Source of the DNA: a virus
Virus record (IMG/VR): IMGVR_UViG_3300025141_000026
DNA: 64,000 nt
Reading direction: 5' to 3' (one strand)
Under the pieces are notes generated by a model, which saw only the letters and a program-made list of their open reading frames with translations, did no database searches and was not told the DNA's origin. Below are positions 45,476 to 55,229 of this stretch, piece by piece; position 1 is the stretch's first letter, and the number at the start of each line of letters is the position of its first letter. A program made the position numbers and the translations under genes.

Positions 45476-47396
45476 TATCTTTGGACTCCAATTCGTTTAT
45501 AAGCTTCTTTATTTCTGTATTTACTTCAAAAACTTTTTTTTCTTCGCTTTCATAATTAGCTTCTCGACCTTCGTAAATTCCTTTTGCAAGTTCAAAACCC
45601 GGAAGAATGTCTCTAACACTTCCAATGCTGTCTCCAGCATATTTACTCTTCATGTTTCTTTTGCGATGCCCAGCAGGGTTTTTACTTATGCGCGGAGTGT
45701 AATGCTTTCCTTTTGATTTAGCAGTTGTGGTCATGGTCCTGCCGCTGTCATCTCTTTTAGCTGGAAGTTCTTCTCCGCCGGCGTCAGGTGTTGCTAAGAG
45801 AACGTCATCTTCTCCACCACCCTCGTCGCCTCCAAGGTCTTCGCCACCTCCAAGATCCTCGTCACCCCCAAGGTCGTCGCCTCCAAGGTCTTCTTCACCA
45901 CCTAAGTCGCCACCCATGTCTCCTCCGCCGCCAGCACCTTCGGCAGCAACAGCCTCACCAGCGGCATCAAGAAGAGCTTGTACTTTTCTGTCGTGGAACA
46001 TTTCTCTCTGGACTCGTAGAAACTCCTCATCAGACAAGTTAAAGATGTTTTGTGCAACCCAACGCTTGCTAAAGAACCCTTCTGTTGCGTTAGAAGCAAT
46101 TTCAAATTTAGTTCTCCAGTGTTCAAGCTCTTGTAACTCAGCGATTCTAGAAGGGTTGTTTAGGTATAGCTTGAAAGAAATAAGATCCTCTTGTCTAAAA
46201 CCGAGGGTATAGAGGTGGATGATGCCTATCTTTTCAAGCTCAGTTATAATTGCTCTTTGTAATCTTTGAATGGTTCTGGCAAAGCGAATATCCTTTTGAG
46301 CCAAAGTTGTTTTATCTTCAGCGCCCTCATCTGAAGTTGTCAGATAAGCAGCAGGAATCTTAATTGCTGAAAAAAGTTTGTCTCTCAGGTACTTTACATC
46401 ATCAATATCTCCTGTGTAGCTTCCTCCAGCCAAAGTTTCTATTTTAGAACTTACGTTTCCTCTCGTTGGTATAAAATAATCTTCCTCAACAGACATTGGA
46501 TTATACCTCAGATCAACTCTACCCGTTGCCGGGTCAACAACTTGGTTACGCTTCATCTGAGTCATCACTTTTTGCATGTATTGCTCGATATCTTGCGGAG
46601 CTATATTGCCAACATCAATGTAAAATACACGGCGTTCGGGGGAGCGAACAATTCGGTAAGCCATCATTGCATCTTCAAGGAGGGTGAGTTGCCTCCAGAT
46701 TCTCCGTGCAGGTTCTAATACTGATGTGCCGTATGGAGCATACTTGTCGTTACCTAAAATCCTGAAATGCCCCATTTGCCAGTTCTCAAATGTGAGACCA
46801 CCCGAGTTCCATTGGTATTGGACATAATTCGGATTTGTTTTATCTTCACCTTCGAGTCTTTCAATTTCAGCAGTTGGCAAACCAATTACATTCGTAATTC
46901 CCATCTTTTCATCAATATCAAGATAAAGAAAGTAATCACCAAACTTGCACATTGTTCTGCACCAGCCGAACAAATTATGATCAATGTTTAGGACATTGTG
47001 GTACAATGTCTCTAGAACGGCTTTGATTTCATCATTTGAACAATCAATACGCAAAAGTTCTTGCAGTTCCGAAGATGTCGTCATTTCATCGGCGTAGATA
47101 TCCATTGCAGAAGCCAACTCGGGCATATATTCCATTTGATCAAAATCAGCGTACCTTTCTGCTCTGCTAATGCTCCCCATTACAGAATTCATTGGATAAC
47201 CACTCAGTGGCTCATAGGAGGCTTTCTTGAACGACATCCCGCTGGCTGATGTGAAGTCATATTTGTTCAACTGTGCCCTGCGAAGTCTACGGGGGGTTTG
47301 AGCACGATAATTTACGATTGGTCCAGAAAAAAGTCTGGTTAATCTTTTGAAAAGTGGAGAATTTGCTTGTCTTGGGTTTTTATGTTGGTCAACCAT
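45459..47396 (-). CDS. Portal protein (gp20-like)
   Basis: LEDAMMAYRIVRSPERRVFYIDVGN, EDYFIP, IETLAGG, DDVKY, DIRFAR. Confidence 0.95.
   Translation of the reverse strand: MVDQHKNPRQANSPLFKRLTRLFSGPIVNYRAQTPRRLRRAQLNKYDFTSASGMSFKKASYEPLSGYPMNSVMGSISRAERYADFDQMEYMPELASAMDIYADEMTTSSELQELLRIDCSNDEIKAVLETLYHNVLNIDHNLFGWCRTMCKFGDYFLYLDIDEKMGITNVIGLPTAEIERLEGEDKTNPNYVQYQWNSGGLTFENWQMGHFRILGNDKYAPYGTSVLEPARRIWRQLTLLEDAMMAYRIVRSPERRVFYIDVGNIAPQDIEQYMQKVMTQMKRNQVVDPATGRVDLRYNPMSVEEDYFIPTRGNVSSKIETLAGGSYTGDIDDVKYLRDKLFSAIKIPAAYLTTSDEGAEDKTTLAQKDIRFARTIQRLQRAIITELEKIGIIHLYTLGFRQEDLISFKLYLNNPSRIAELQELEHWRTKFEIASNATEGFFSKRWVAQNIFNLSDEEFLRVQREMFHDRKVQALLDAAGEAVAAEGAGGGGDMGGDLGGEEDLGGDDLGGDEDLGGGEDLGGDEGGGEDDVLLATPDAGGEELPAKRDDSGRTMTTTAKSKGKHYTPRISKNPAGHRKRNMKSKYAGDSIGSVRDILPGFELAKGIYEGREANYESEEKKVFEVNTEIKKLINELESKDNEAKA
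45815..45930. repeat. Degenerate (DLGGxx)n coding repeat in the portal C-terminal tail
   Basis: GGDMGGDLGGEEDLGGDDLGGDEDLGGGEDLGGDEGGG; boundaries approximate. Confidence 0.7.
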
Positions 47397-47402
47397 TTAT
47401 TT

Positions 47403-48986
47403 CTATCCTTTGTAGAGCCATTCAAACTGCTGCTGTTCTTTTATTTTATCACCTTTTTTCACTTCTTTATACCCCTTTTGCCCCGGTATAGTGGTGTTGA
47501 GTGATGTTTTGGTAGAGATCATAGAACTAATAAACGCTTTATTATATTCCATAGCTCTTTTATTTGTTGCTAGTGCAGTATCTTTTACCCAACAAGCAAT
47601 TGCGATACTCATGGTCAAATCATCATTATAACCTCGCATCGCCTGAGCCCTACCATTATTCCAAATAAAAGTTCTCAGTTCATTAACTAAGCGAACTGAA
47701 CGTAAAGTAATTAGTTGATTTCTTACGAATTCCTCTAGTTTAGCGATAATTAGTGGTCTAGTTTTCATTGACGTAGTAAAACCAGCCACAGTGTTGGATT
47801 GATGCTCTGCAATCACTTGCTCGATATATTCATGAGTGGACTTGACTGAGTAGTACAAGTTGGGATATTCATATTCATTTGTTAGTTTTTCCAATACAGA
47901 AAAGCCAATATTGTTATTCTCAACCACAACGAGGCATTCACCATATTCTCTTCCGGTTTGGCTTAAGAGACTAGCGTACATTTCCAGATTTGGCTTTCCT
48001 TGATATTCAGCTACCTGCTCCATGGTGTCTACGTTAATAACATGAAAAGCAGAGTGGTCTCTCCCATCGCCTCTCGCGACGTCAGCCACCAACACGTAAC
48101 TAGCGCCAGTTTGATATGGCTCCCAGATCCACAAGTTTCTATCAAAGCCTGTTTTATATTTTGGTTCGCAAATAGTATGCTCTTCCATATTACTAATATC
48201 TTCTGGGTGTATGACGGATTCGCCAGACGTATTGAAATTGCACTCAAGCTCTTGAGCAATCTGCCTTCGAGACATATTCCGAGTTTCTTTATCGAACCAC
48301 TGCTTATCTCTATCTGGATGTGCATCCCATGGTAACACTGTTGGATGAAAATCATTATTTTGTGTCTCTGAGTCGGAATAGGTCTGGTGGAACCAGTTAC
48401 CAACACCATTAGGGGTAGAAAGTGCGATGCAACGACCACCGGTGGACAGTGTGGGATACAAACCAGTCCATAATTCATCTAGACCCTCGACGTGGGCTGC
48501 CTCATCAACAACAAGTAATGACAGTGCTTCCGAACGACCGGCGTCACCAGATGTCGAAGAAGCTTTGATCTGGGATCCATTACTAAGCTCAAATGACGCT
48601 CTATTGTCAATTGAAACGTCAGCTATTCGGACCCATGGGGGAAGGTTTTTTATCATGCTTTTTACCTTTTTTACAAGGTTTGTTGCGGTTCCAAATTTGG
48701 TTGCAATAACAAGAATGTTTTTATCTCGGTGAAACACCATCATCCAAGCAACATAGGCGGCAACAATGGTAGAGATACCAAGCTGTCTTGCTTTTAGAAC
48801 GATATTGAATCGATAATCATTAAAGTCTTCTAGCAGATCTGCTTGAAAGTCAAAGGTCTTGAAAGGTATTTGCCCTTCAAGGGGGTGTGAAATTTTTACA
48901 TAATTGTTTATGAAGTGTGTGGGGTCTTTGCCACATTTGATAATCTCTTGGACTATTTGTTTTTTCGATAATTGGTATCCAGCCAT
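47403..48986 (-). CDS. Terminase large subunit (gp17-like)
   Basis: KARQLGIST, LVVDEAAH, LSTPNG, QELECNF, ADVARG, VENN, NDDL. Start probably ATG 48986. Confidence 0.95.
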   Translation of the reverse strand: MAGYQLSKKQIVQEIIKCGKDPTHFINNYVKISHPLEGQIPFKTFDFQADLLEDFNDYRFNIVLKARQLGISTIVAAYVAWMMVFHRDKNILVIATKFGTATNLVKKVKSMIKNLPPWVRIADVSIDNRASFELSNGSQIKASSTSGDAGRSEALSLLVVDEAAHVEGLDELWTGLYPTLSTGGRCIALSTPNGVGNWFHQTYSDSETQNNDFHPTVLPWDAHPDRDKQWFDKETRNMSRRQIAQELECNFNTSGESVIHPEDISNMEEHTICEPKYKTGFDRNLWIWEPYQTGASYVLVADVARGDGRDHSAFHVINVDTMEQVAEYQGKPNLEMYASLLSQTGREYGECLVVVENNNIGFSVLEKLTNEYEYPNLYYSVKSTHEYIEQVIAEHQSNTVAGFTTSMKTRPLIIAKLEEFVRNQLITLRSVRLVNELRTFIWNNGRAQAMRGYNDDLTMSIAIACWVKDTALATNKRAMEYNKAFISSMISTKTSLNTTIPGQKGYKEVKKGDKIKEQQQFEWLYKG

Positions 48987-48987
48987 C

Positions 48988-50001
48988 TCATGACCTTTGT
49001 TCTTCAAATAGTTTTGCTAATTGATTTTTAGTGTATCCTCTGCGATTAAGTTGTCTAGCCAACATCTTGGTGGTTCTACTGATGAGCTTTTGGAGCTTTT
49101 GTTCGTCACGCACAATGTTTTGTAGCCCGGAATCTTTGCTCAACAATTCTTCATTATCAATTAGAAATCTAGCGACAATCTTTCCTATTGTTGTTGCATC
49201 TTTTTCATAGCCTACAAGATTGCATTTATCGTGCGGCTCTGACCGATCTGGAAATTTGTCAGCACTTGAGGCAAACTCTCCGCCGGAGATTGGTTTGCAG
49301 GAGTCGGGGTTAACTCTTTGAGCCACTGTGGAGTCATTTTGGTTTTCAGGGTCTAATACAACGACTGAGGTTTTCTTTCCTTTGTCGGTAGTGTACACAT
49401 ATGATTTGCCTTTTTGTACCTGCTCCTGTTCGTGTAGCATTGTTGCAACTTCAGCAACCGGTATCTTTTTACCGCCCAAATATTTTGCAACCTGTTGTGC
49501 GATAGCCACGGCAGACGCTTTATCAAGTCCCGCTTGCTGGAAATATTGCGCTAAACTTGTTTCGCCTTTTTGTCCGGGTCTTACAACAGAAACTGGTGTC
49601 TTCTTGCCGGGAGCCGAGGCTGCCCTTTTTGCACCTTGCTCACCAGAACATTTATCAATAGGCTTGCCAGCTTGGTCGGCAAAGGCTTCTGGCTTTGCTG
49701 CAAATTCACTTCCTTTTTTCGGAGCACATGTGTTGGGATCGATCTTTATGGCTGCTGTGTAACCATTATCATTTTCCGGATCAACAACCGTTACAGCAGA
49801 TTTGTTTCCAGTTTTTGATGTGTATACAAAGCTGTCGCCTTTTTCAATGTTGTCTTCACTGCCCTCTTCAGCGTCAGACGGTTTATCGCCTTCGTCATCG
49901 CCTTCTCCGGAGCCTTTTACTCTGCCCACGGCGGCTTTGAACCTATCAAGGAAGCCTCTTACGTCTTCCTCTATCATTTCTCTTGTTAGTTGATCGCTCA
50001 T
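48988..50001 (-). CDS. Hypothetical protein with a duplicated ~65-aa domain
   Basis: Two copies of KGxSxVYT..G.K..V.V.DPEN.N..T.A....P..C....G.EFA.....F.......DKC. Confidence 0.7.
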   Translation of the reverse strand: MSDQLTREMIEEDVRGFLDRFKAAVGRVKGSGEGDDEGDKPSDAEEGSEDNIEKGDSFVYTSKTGNKSAVTVVDPENDNGYTAAIKIDPNTCAPKKGSEFAAKPEAFADQAGKPIDKCSGEQGAKRAASAPGKKTPVSVVRPGQKGETSLAQYFQQAGLDKASAVAIAQQVAKYLGGKKIPVAEVATMLHEQEQVQKGKSYVYTTDKGKKTSVVVLDPENQNDSTVAQRVNPDSCKPISGGEFASSADKFPDRSEPHDKCNLVGYEKDATTIGKIVARFLIDNEELLSKDSGLQNIVRDEQKLQKLISRTTKMLARQLNRRGYTKNQLAKLFEEQRS

Positions 50002-50597
50002 ACTTTATATAAATCCTTGAGAGTTTGACCGCCTTCATCTTTAGAAGAGTAGTTGCTAGGCTTCTTTGCACCCGAATAAGAGTCCTTTGCTGTCTGCATA
50101 AAATTCTTGATGGCTGAATTGAGATCTTTAATTTGTGGATCTTTGTTTCTATCCACCTCCTCGACGCCAAGAACATCGCCCAAACCACCAATTTTGTAGT
50201 GTTGCTGTGCAGTAACATCGGTTCTTTGTCTAGAAATGCTTTGAACAAGAATATTTATCTCGCCATCTTTAGTCAAAGAGAGTGATTCGCCAGTGACTTT
50301 CTTGTATTCTTTAGCCAAAAACTTTTTAATGTTTTCAATCATAGAAGCAATGTCGCTTTCAAATTTATTATCTTGGTGTACTTCCTTTAGAGGATACTCG
50401 GATTGATAGCTGATTTTTAGACGGTTGCCAGCGATTGTACATCCAAACCCATCCATAACTCTCCTATCTGTGATCTTTACTTCTTCTTCTCTTCTCAAGC
50501 CAACTTTGATTGGCTCTCCATTTTCATCCAGTGCTCCATCATATGAGTTAGCGAGCACCTGTGAGATTCCTCTTACAATTTCTAAAGCTGTTGCCAT
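49998..50597 (-). CDS. Hypothetical protein
   Basis: GAGGAG RBS; coupled ORF. Confidence 0.65.
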   Translation of the reverse strand: MATALEIVRGISQVLANSYDGALDENGEPIKVGLRREEEVKITDRRVMDGFGCTIAGNRLKISYQSEYPLKEVHQDNKFESDIASMIENIKKFLAKEYKKVTGESLSLTKDGEINILVQSISRQRTDVTAQQHYKIGGLGDVLGVEEVDRNKDPQIKDLNSAIKNFMQTAKDSYSGAKKPSNYSSKDEGGQTLKDLYKV

Positions 50598-51007
50598 TAT
50601 TTTTCTCCTCGACTATAGTAATTAGATAAAAACTCTACTCTTTCATCTATGTTTAGCCACCTTTGTTCTTTGCCTTCGACGAATTTTAAGTAGCAACGAT
50701 GGCAGCAATCGTACTTATTCATATAAACGTCGTCCTTTTGCTCAAAGGAATAAACAAAGCATGCAGGGCATGTCCTATCTTCCTTGTTAGTAAGTAGTTT
50801 TTTTGAAACAAAAAAACCATTTGCTTGAATTTTCTCATCATATGTGCTGTTTTGAAGTTCTTTCTTATGTATTTGTTTTATTTCTTCAAGATATTTTTGC
50901 TCTTTTTCTTGAGTCCAAACAGATCTTGGGTTTTGTATTGTTTCTGCGCCGTACTTCTTGGCAATTGCTTGTTCTAATCTAGCAATGTAATTTAGATCTT
51001 TCTTCAT
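50597..51007 (-). CDS. Hypothetical zinc-binding protein
   Basis: CPAC...CCHRC. Confidence 0.6.
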   Translation of the reverse strand: MKKDLNYIARLEQAIAKKYGAETIQNPRSVWTQEKEQKYLEEIKQIHKKELQNSTYDEKIQANGFFVSKKLLTNKEDRTCPACFVYSFEQKDDVYMNKYDCCHRCYLKFVEGKEQRWLNIDERVEFLSNYYSRGEK

Positions 51008-51016
51008 ATTGGGTGA

Positions 51017-51928
51017 TTATACTTCTATTTTATCTAGCTTTTCACTTATAAGTTTTAATTTATTTTCTAAATCGGATATCTTTTTATCTTGTTCTTTTAC
51101 GCCCTCGACCAAAAAAGAAATAATGCGTATGTAATCCATACTATTAGCAAATTCAGAGTCGGCTGACCACTCTACAATTTCTGGTAATACTTTTCCGACC
51201 TCTTCTGCAATGAAGCCATAATCCTTTTTCCCTGTGTCCTTCCAATTATAAGAAACTCCATTGAGTTTGTTGAGAGTTCTGATCGGATTGTCTAAAGGTT
51301 CTATATTTTTTTTGAACCTGATAGAAGAATAGGAGACAAAAGCATTCGCCTTGACTTTTCCAGACACGTCGCTCGTGTCCGGTAGGGTTAGCCCATGAGT
51401 GGCAGATGGTGTGCCGATTGCTAAATGCTTGTCTATGTGGATAACCGCTCCGGACAAAACAAGCCCTCCAGTGGAGGAACCTGATATAACTAAAGAGTTT
51501 GTGTCACTGTAAAATATTCTTGCCTCATTGTTTGGACCAAAATTAAATGAACCTGCGGATCCGGTGCTTGTAAACTGAAGTTCTCCTCCAATTTTGAGGG
51601 GGGACGCACCCTCTAAAGTTCCAGCAATTTGAATTGTAGAACCTGACAGCACAATTCCGTTGCTTGACCCGGAAATCACTAGGAAGTCATCGCCATTTTC
51701 ATTATACTCTATGAAGGCATCATCATTGGTTCCAAAGACCAACTTAGTATCATCGGAGATTTTTAAGTCTGTTTCATCAAAGGTGAAAGATGGGACACCA
51801 CGAGAGGCTCCAGATCGATTGTACTGTATTTGCTCACTATCTCCACCCGCAGCAGTGCTGTCAAAAGCTTGCTCTTTTCTACGAATGTAATTTTGAAGCT
51901 GTCCAAGGGTTCTAAATCTTCTAGCCAT
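51017..51928 (-). CDS. Tail fibre/spike with C-terminal intramolecular chaperone (peptidase S74)
   Basis: SSIRFKKNI, GFIAEEV...PEIV, MDY, terminal coiled coil. Confidence 0.8.
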   Translation of the reverse strand: MARRFRTLGQLQNYIRRKEQAFDSTAAGGDSEQIQYNRSGASRGVPSFTFDETDLKISDDTKLVFGTNDDAFIEYNENGDDFLVISGSSNGIVLSGSTIQIAGTLEGASPLKIGGELQFTSTGSAGSFNFGPNNEARIFYSDTNSLVISGSSTGGLVLSGAVIHIDKHLAIGTPSATHGLTLPDTSDVSGKVKANAFVSYSSIRFKKNIEPLDNPIRTLNKLNGVSYNWKDTGKKDYGFIAEEVGKVLPEIVEWSADSEFANSMDYIRIISFLVEGVKEQDKKISDLENKLKLISEKLDKIEV

Positions 51929-52364
51929 CGTTCTTTATCTCCACCGCGATTGCAAACACGGATATAGATATAATTATGCCGCCAAGTACCCCACCAGCCA
52001 ACCACCAGTGAGAATAATCATTGGGCGATTCAAGGGCTAGCTCTTGAAGTCTGCCAATTTCTTCATCTTTTATGGTTATAAGTTGGTCGTATCTTTTTGT
52101 TGCAGACTTCAATTTTATGTCGCTAATCTGTAAATCAAGCTCCAGTTGTGCGGATAGCAGCTTTATTTCTCTGTCTATCTCTAAGCGACATTCTTCTACG
52201 GTGTATTTCTTATCGGTAAGAACTTTAGCTGCTGCCGTTGGGTCCATTAGAACACCGGTAAAAGGTGCAGGATCTCCTTTTTTCAATTCAGTTATAACTC
52301 CCTCTTGTGCCCAAGCAGGGAAAGCAAAGAGTATAACTAAAAATATGGATAGTAGTTGTTTCAT
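51921..52364 (-). CDS. Exported coiled-coil protein with C-terminal TM (spanin-like candidate)
   Basis: Signal peptide ending AWA; coiled coil; C-terminal hydrophobic helix. Confidence 0.55.
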   Translation of the reverse strand: MKQLLSIFLVILFAFPAWAQEGVITELKKGDPAPFTGVLMDPTAAAKVLTDKKYTVEECRLEIDREIKLLSAQLELDLQISDIKLKSATKRYDQLITIKDEEIGRLQELALESPNDYSHWWLAGGVLGGIIISISVFAIAVEIKNDG

Positions 52365-52876
52365 TTTAGCCTCCACCGCCATTTTCCTTTTCCATCTTCA
52401 TCGTTTCCATCTTCATCGCTGGTGTCTATTTGCACTGCCCGTTTTTCTTTTTCTAGTCTCGCCCAAACGCCTTTGCCGTCTTCTGTCTGTGCTTTGTCGC
52501 TATACAGGCTTCCTTTGCCGAGGACTTCCATAACTTTTTCATACAAATCAGTAGCATAAAAGCCACCACCCTTTACTTTGCGAACATTACCAACAGCATA
52601 ACTTTCTCTAAATGGGGCAACGCCTAGATAAGCAATAGGGATGTCTTCTTTATTCACAACAAAAAAGAGCACATCGCCTTTGGGCAACTCAAAACTTACC
52701 AACTGGTTTCCTTCCCACTCTCCAAGATCTTTTCTCTCACCTTTACTTGGGGCGTGTTCTTTATAAAAGTAATCAAGCGACTTTTGTATTTCTTCCTGAG
52801 AAGTAGCAATAGTATCAAAAGCCTCTACCTCGTCTATGAACCTTTTCCAGTTTTCAAGTAGTTGTTTCATTTTAGC
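52351..52876. repeat. 20-bp perfect direct repeat pair (52351-52370, 52857-52876) flanking one gene
   Basis: agtagttgtttcattttagc at both positions. Confidence 0.9.
52361..52870 (-). CDS. Leader-bearing cargo 7: GNAT-like acetyltransferase
   Basis: Leader MKQLLENWKRFIDE; KGGGFYATDLY...LYSD..QT..G..VW resembles the GNAT acetyl-CoA loop. Confidence 0.55.
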   Translation of the reverse strand: MKQLLENWKRFIDEVEAFDTIATSQEEIQKSLDYFYKEHAPSKGERKDLGEWEGNQLVSFELPKGDVLFFVVNKEDIPIAYLGVAPFRESYAVGNVRKVKGGGFYATDLYEKVMEVLGKGSLYSDKAQTEDGKGVWARLEKEKRAVQIDTSDEDGNDEDGKGKWRWRLK

Positions 52877-53154
52877 ATTTCTCTAAACTTAGGATCGTAA
52901 AGCAATCCATCAAGTTGCGATGAGTATCCCTTATCAATAAGAAGATCAATCAAAGAATCAACATCCATTTCGTTTTTTGATGCGACGGAAGCAAAATAAT
53001 CTTTGAGTTGACCAAACAACTCTTCCTCTTCCACTTCTCCGCTATAAAAGCGGTCAACCAACTCATCCGTAATCACACCAAGTTCTTGCGGAGTGTTAGC
53101 ACCAAGTCTAATCTCATTTATGTATTTGTTCCAGTTTTCAAGTATTAGTTTCAT
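52867..53154 (-). CDS. Leader-bearing cargo 6: unknown acidic domain
   Basis: Leader MKLILENWNKYINE. Confidence 0.65.
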   Translation of the reverse strand: MKLILENWNKYINEIRLGANTPQELGVITDELVDRFYSGEVEEEELFGQLKDYFASVASKNEMDVDSLIDLLIDKGYSSQLDGLLYDPKFREMLK

Positions 53155-53783
53155 TTTTTTACTAACTCCTTATTTACGATATCATAGCCTTCCACAACGC
53201 CCACATTCACATAGTCAAAGCCGTCGAGGAGGCATATTTTTTGTGGTCCGAACTTGCCGCCCAACTTATAGTATGTGCTGACCTGCCCTACCACCTCTGT
53301 GAATAGCGCTGGTATTGCTTTTTCTGGAAGGGTTTTTAGATGCGTGTTGTATGCTGCTAACTCTCCCCTTAGATCAAACTCGGTTCCACGAGAACCAATC
53401 GCTTGGATGTGGGACATATAATCGTGGATTGCTCTAAACTTTGCGTTTGTAATCTCATCAAAAATGGCGTGATCTGCGTCAATAGTGGCGACCCTCATAG
53501 TGCCCGTGCTCTTAACATCTTTCCTTAGTTCGTCTGCGCTTTCATATGGATGGTAATCAACGAACTCAACATCTACCTTAGACTGGATTTGATTGAACAT
53601 CTTCTCAACAAAAGGAGTTAATGCTTCGTAGTGGGGGACTGCTCTTTGTTCAAAATCAGGAGCAGCAAGGTAGGCAGTACCCACCAAATCAGCATACTTA
53701 GTCCAACCGTTCTCTCCGGGTTTAAGCATTAGCTTCTCGTTGATTGCGATGAACTTTCGCCATTCTGTTAGTAGTTCTTTCAT
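53151..53783 (-). CDS. Leader-bearing cargo 5: putative metal-binding enzyme
   Basis: Leader MKELLTEWRKFIAINE; FRAIHDYMSH...GE..AY..H...TE..GQ. Confidence 0.6.
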   Translation of the reverse strand: MKELLTEWRKFIAINEKLMLKPGENGWTKYADLVGTAYLAAPDFEQRAVPHYEALTPFVEKMFNQIQSKVDVEFVDYHPYESADELRKDVKSTGTMRVATIDADHAIFDEITNAKFRAIHDYMSHIQAIGSRGTEFDLRGELAAYNTHLKTLPEKAIPALFTEVVGQVSTYYKLGGKFGPQKICLLDGFDYVNVGVVEGYDIVNKELVKK

Positions 53784-54190
53784 CTATATTCCTCGCTCCA
53801 ATCAAATCTATTTTCACCGCTATAAACATGTCTAAGATAGTTACTGTGGGAGCCACTGTATACATAAGCATCAAAATAGTCTTCGCCATTCAGCCACTTT
53901 TGAAAGATCCTGTGATTGCCGTCATCAATAATTAATTGTTGTTTGTCTGTATTATAAAAAAGAACTGGTAAGCCTTCTGTCATACTAAGTTCTTCCTTTC
54001 TTACATCCCCTATTATGTGCTCGCCTTGGGATTTAAGCATACTGAGTGATTTCATTGGGATATCCTTGACTAAGACCCCTTCTTCTCCCTCTTCTTCGTC
54101 AAACTCTTCTTCACCACGGATGACTTCATCGGGAAGAAAATCTAAATTCTCTTTCAAAAAGTTTCGCCACTCTGTTAGTATCTCTTTCAT
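53780..54190 (-). CDS. Leader-bearing cargo 4: ParB/sulfiredoxin-like domain
   Basis: Leader MKEILTEWRNFLKE; LPVL...IIDDGNHR. Confidence 0.6.
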   Translation of the reverse strand: MKEILTEWRNFLKENLDFLPDEVIRGEEEFDEEEGEEGVLVKDIPMKSLSMLKSQGEHIIGDVRKEELSMTEGLPVLFYNTDKQQLIIDDGNHRIFQKWLNGEDYFDAYVYSGSHSNYLRHVYSGENRFDWSEEYR

Positions 54191-54783
54191 TAGTAGTCCT
54201 CTGGGTTTTCATCTGTGATGACAACATTTTTGTTTGTCTTTGCCTCAACCCAATCTCTCACAAAGTCGTCAACATCTTTAATCTCAGACATTCTTGTTTC
54301 AGGAGAAAGCCCCCCTAAATACTTTCTATAATCGCTGTCGATCTCATCCATCACTTTCGGGTCTATTGTGTCTGATAGGTGTGGATCTACATCAAGAAGA
54401 TCCAGAACAATGTTCTCTGGACGGAAAAAGCTTTTTCTATCTTTTGGCTCTTTGCTATCGATCCAATTAAACAACCTTATAAGCAGGGCGTTTCCAGATT
54501 CTTTTGTTTTCTTTGCTGCCTTTTTTGCACCTCTTGACTTTGCGGCGACATTGATCGCGGACACGGCTGGACTAAGTTGGGCGATGCCACTAAGTTGGGC
54601 GACACCTTCAACCCCAACTGCCTTGAACATCTCTTCTTTTGCTTGTTGATCTTCTACAAAATCAGACATGCCCATATAAAGATCACTAAACCGAGCGATT
54701 GTCCAATCTTTTGGATACCTTTCAGCAAAAGATTTTCTTTCTTCCTCTATGAATTTTCTCCATTCTGTTAGTAGTTCTTTCAT
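54190..54783 (-). CDS. Leader-bearing cargo 3: unknown domain
   Basis: Leader MKELLTEWRKFIEE. Confidence 0.65.
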   Translation of the reverse strand: MKELLTEWRKFIEEERKSFAERYPKDWTIARFSDLYMGMSDFVEDQQAKEEMFKAVGVEGVAQLSGIAQLSPAVSAINVAAKSRGAKKAAKKTKESGNALLIRLFNWIDSKEPKDRKSFFRPENIVLDLLDVDPHLSDTIDPKVMDEIDSDYRKYLGGLSPETRMSEIKDVDDFVRDWVEAKTNKNVVITDENPEDY

Positions 54784-55229
54784 TTCTTTCTCCTCTAAAA
54801 CTTATGCAAGATTGGGGCAAACTGTCTCAATGCTTCTGGTGATCTGCCTACGGTTAGGATCCTCTTTGCCAAGATTTGTCCGGCTTCCTCATCTTGCCCT
54901 TCTTCAACCCACTTCTGAAAAGACTTCTCAATCCACTCACCAAAGGTAGCCATATCATCAGCAAACTGCACAGGGTCATCAACACCCTGAAACGACCGTT
55001 TTAGTTGTCTGGCTTTTGCACTAACGGTTCCCATTTCTCTACTCCAACTGGAGCCTTCGTACCTGTCATAATCTATTTGTGTGCCGCCATCAATCGCATT
55101 CGTGATGGTGTCTGCTGCCTCCAATGTTCCGGCGATATCCTCTTCAGAGAATTCAGCAGAGTATGATTCATTTATAAACTTTCGCCATTCTGTTAGTAGT
55201 TCTTTCATTCTTTATCCTCTAAAACTTAT
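54760..55229. repeat. ~45-bp near-perfect direct repeat pair (54760-54805, 55185-55229) flanking one gene
   Basis: ccattctgttagtagttctttcatt(t)cttt[c/a]tcctctaaaacttat; spans upstream gene end, stop, RBS and leader. Confidence 0.9.
54795..55208 (-). CDS. Leader-bearing cargo 2: unknown domain
   Basis: Leader MKELLTEWRKFINE. Confidence 0.65.
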   Translation of the reverse strand: MKELLTEWRKFINESYSAEFSEEDIAGTLEAADTITNAIDGGTQIDYDRYEGSSWSREMGTVSAKARQLKRSFQGVDDPVQFADDMATFGEWIEKSFQKWVEEGQDEEAGQILAKRILTVGRSPEALRQFAPILHKF

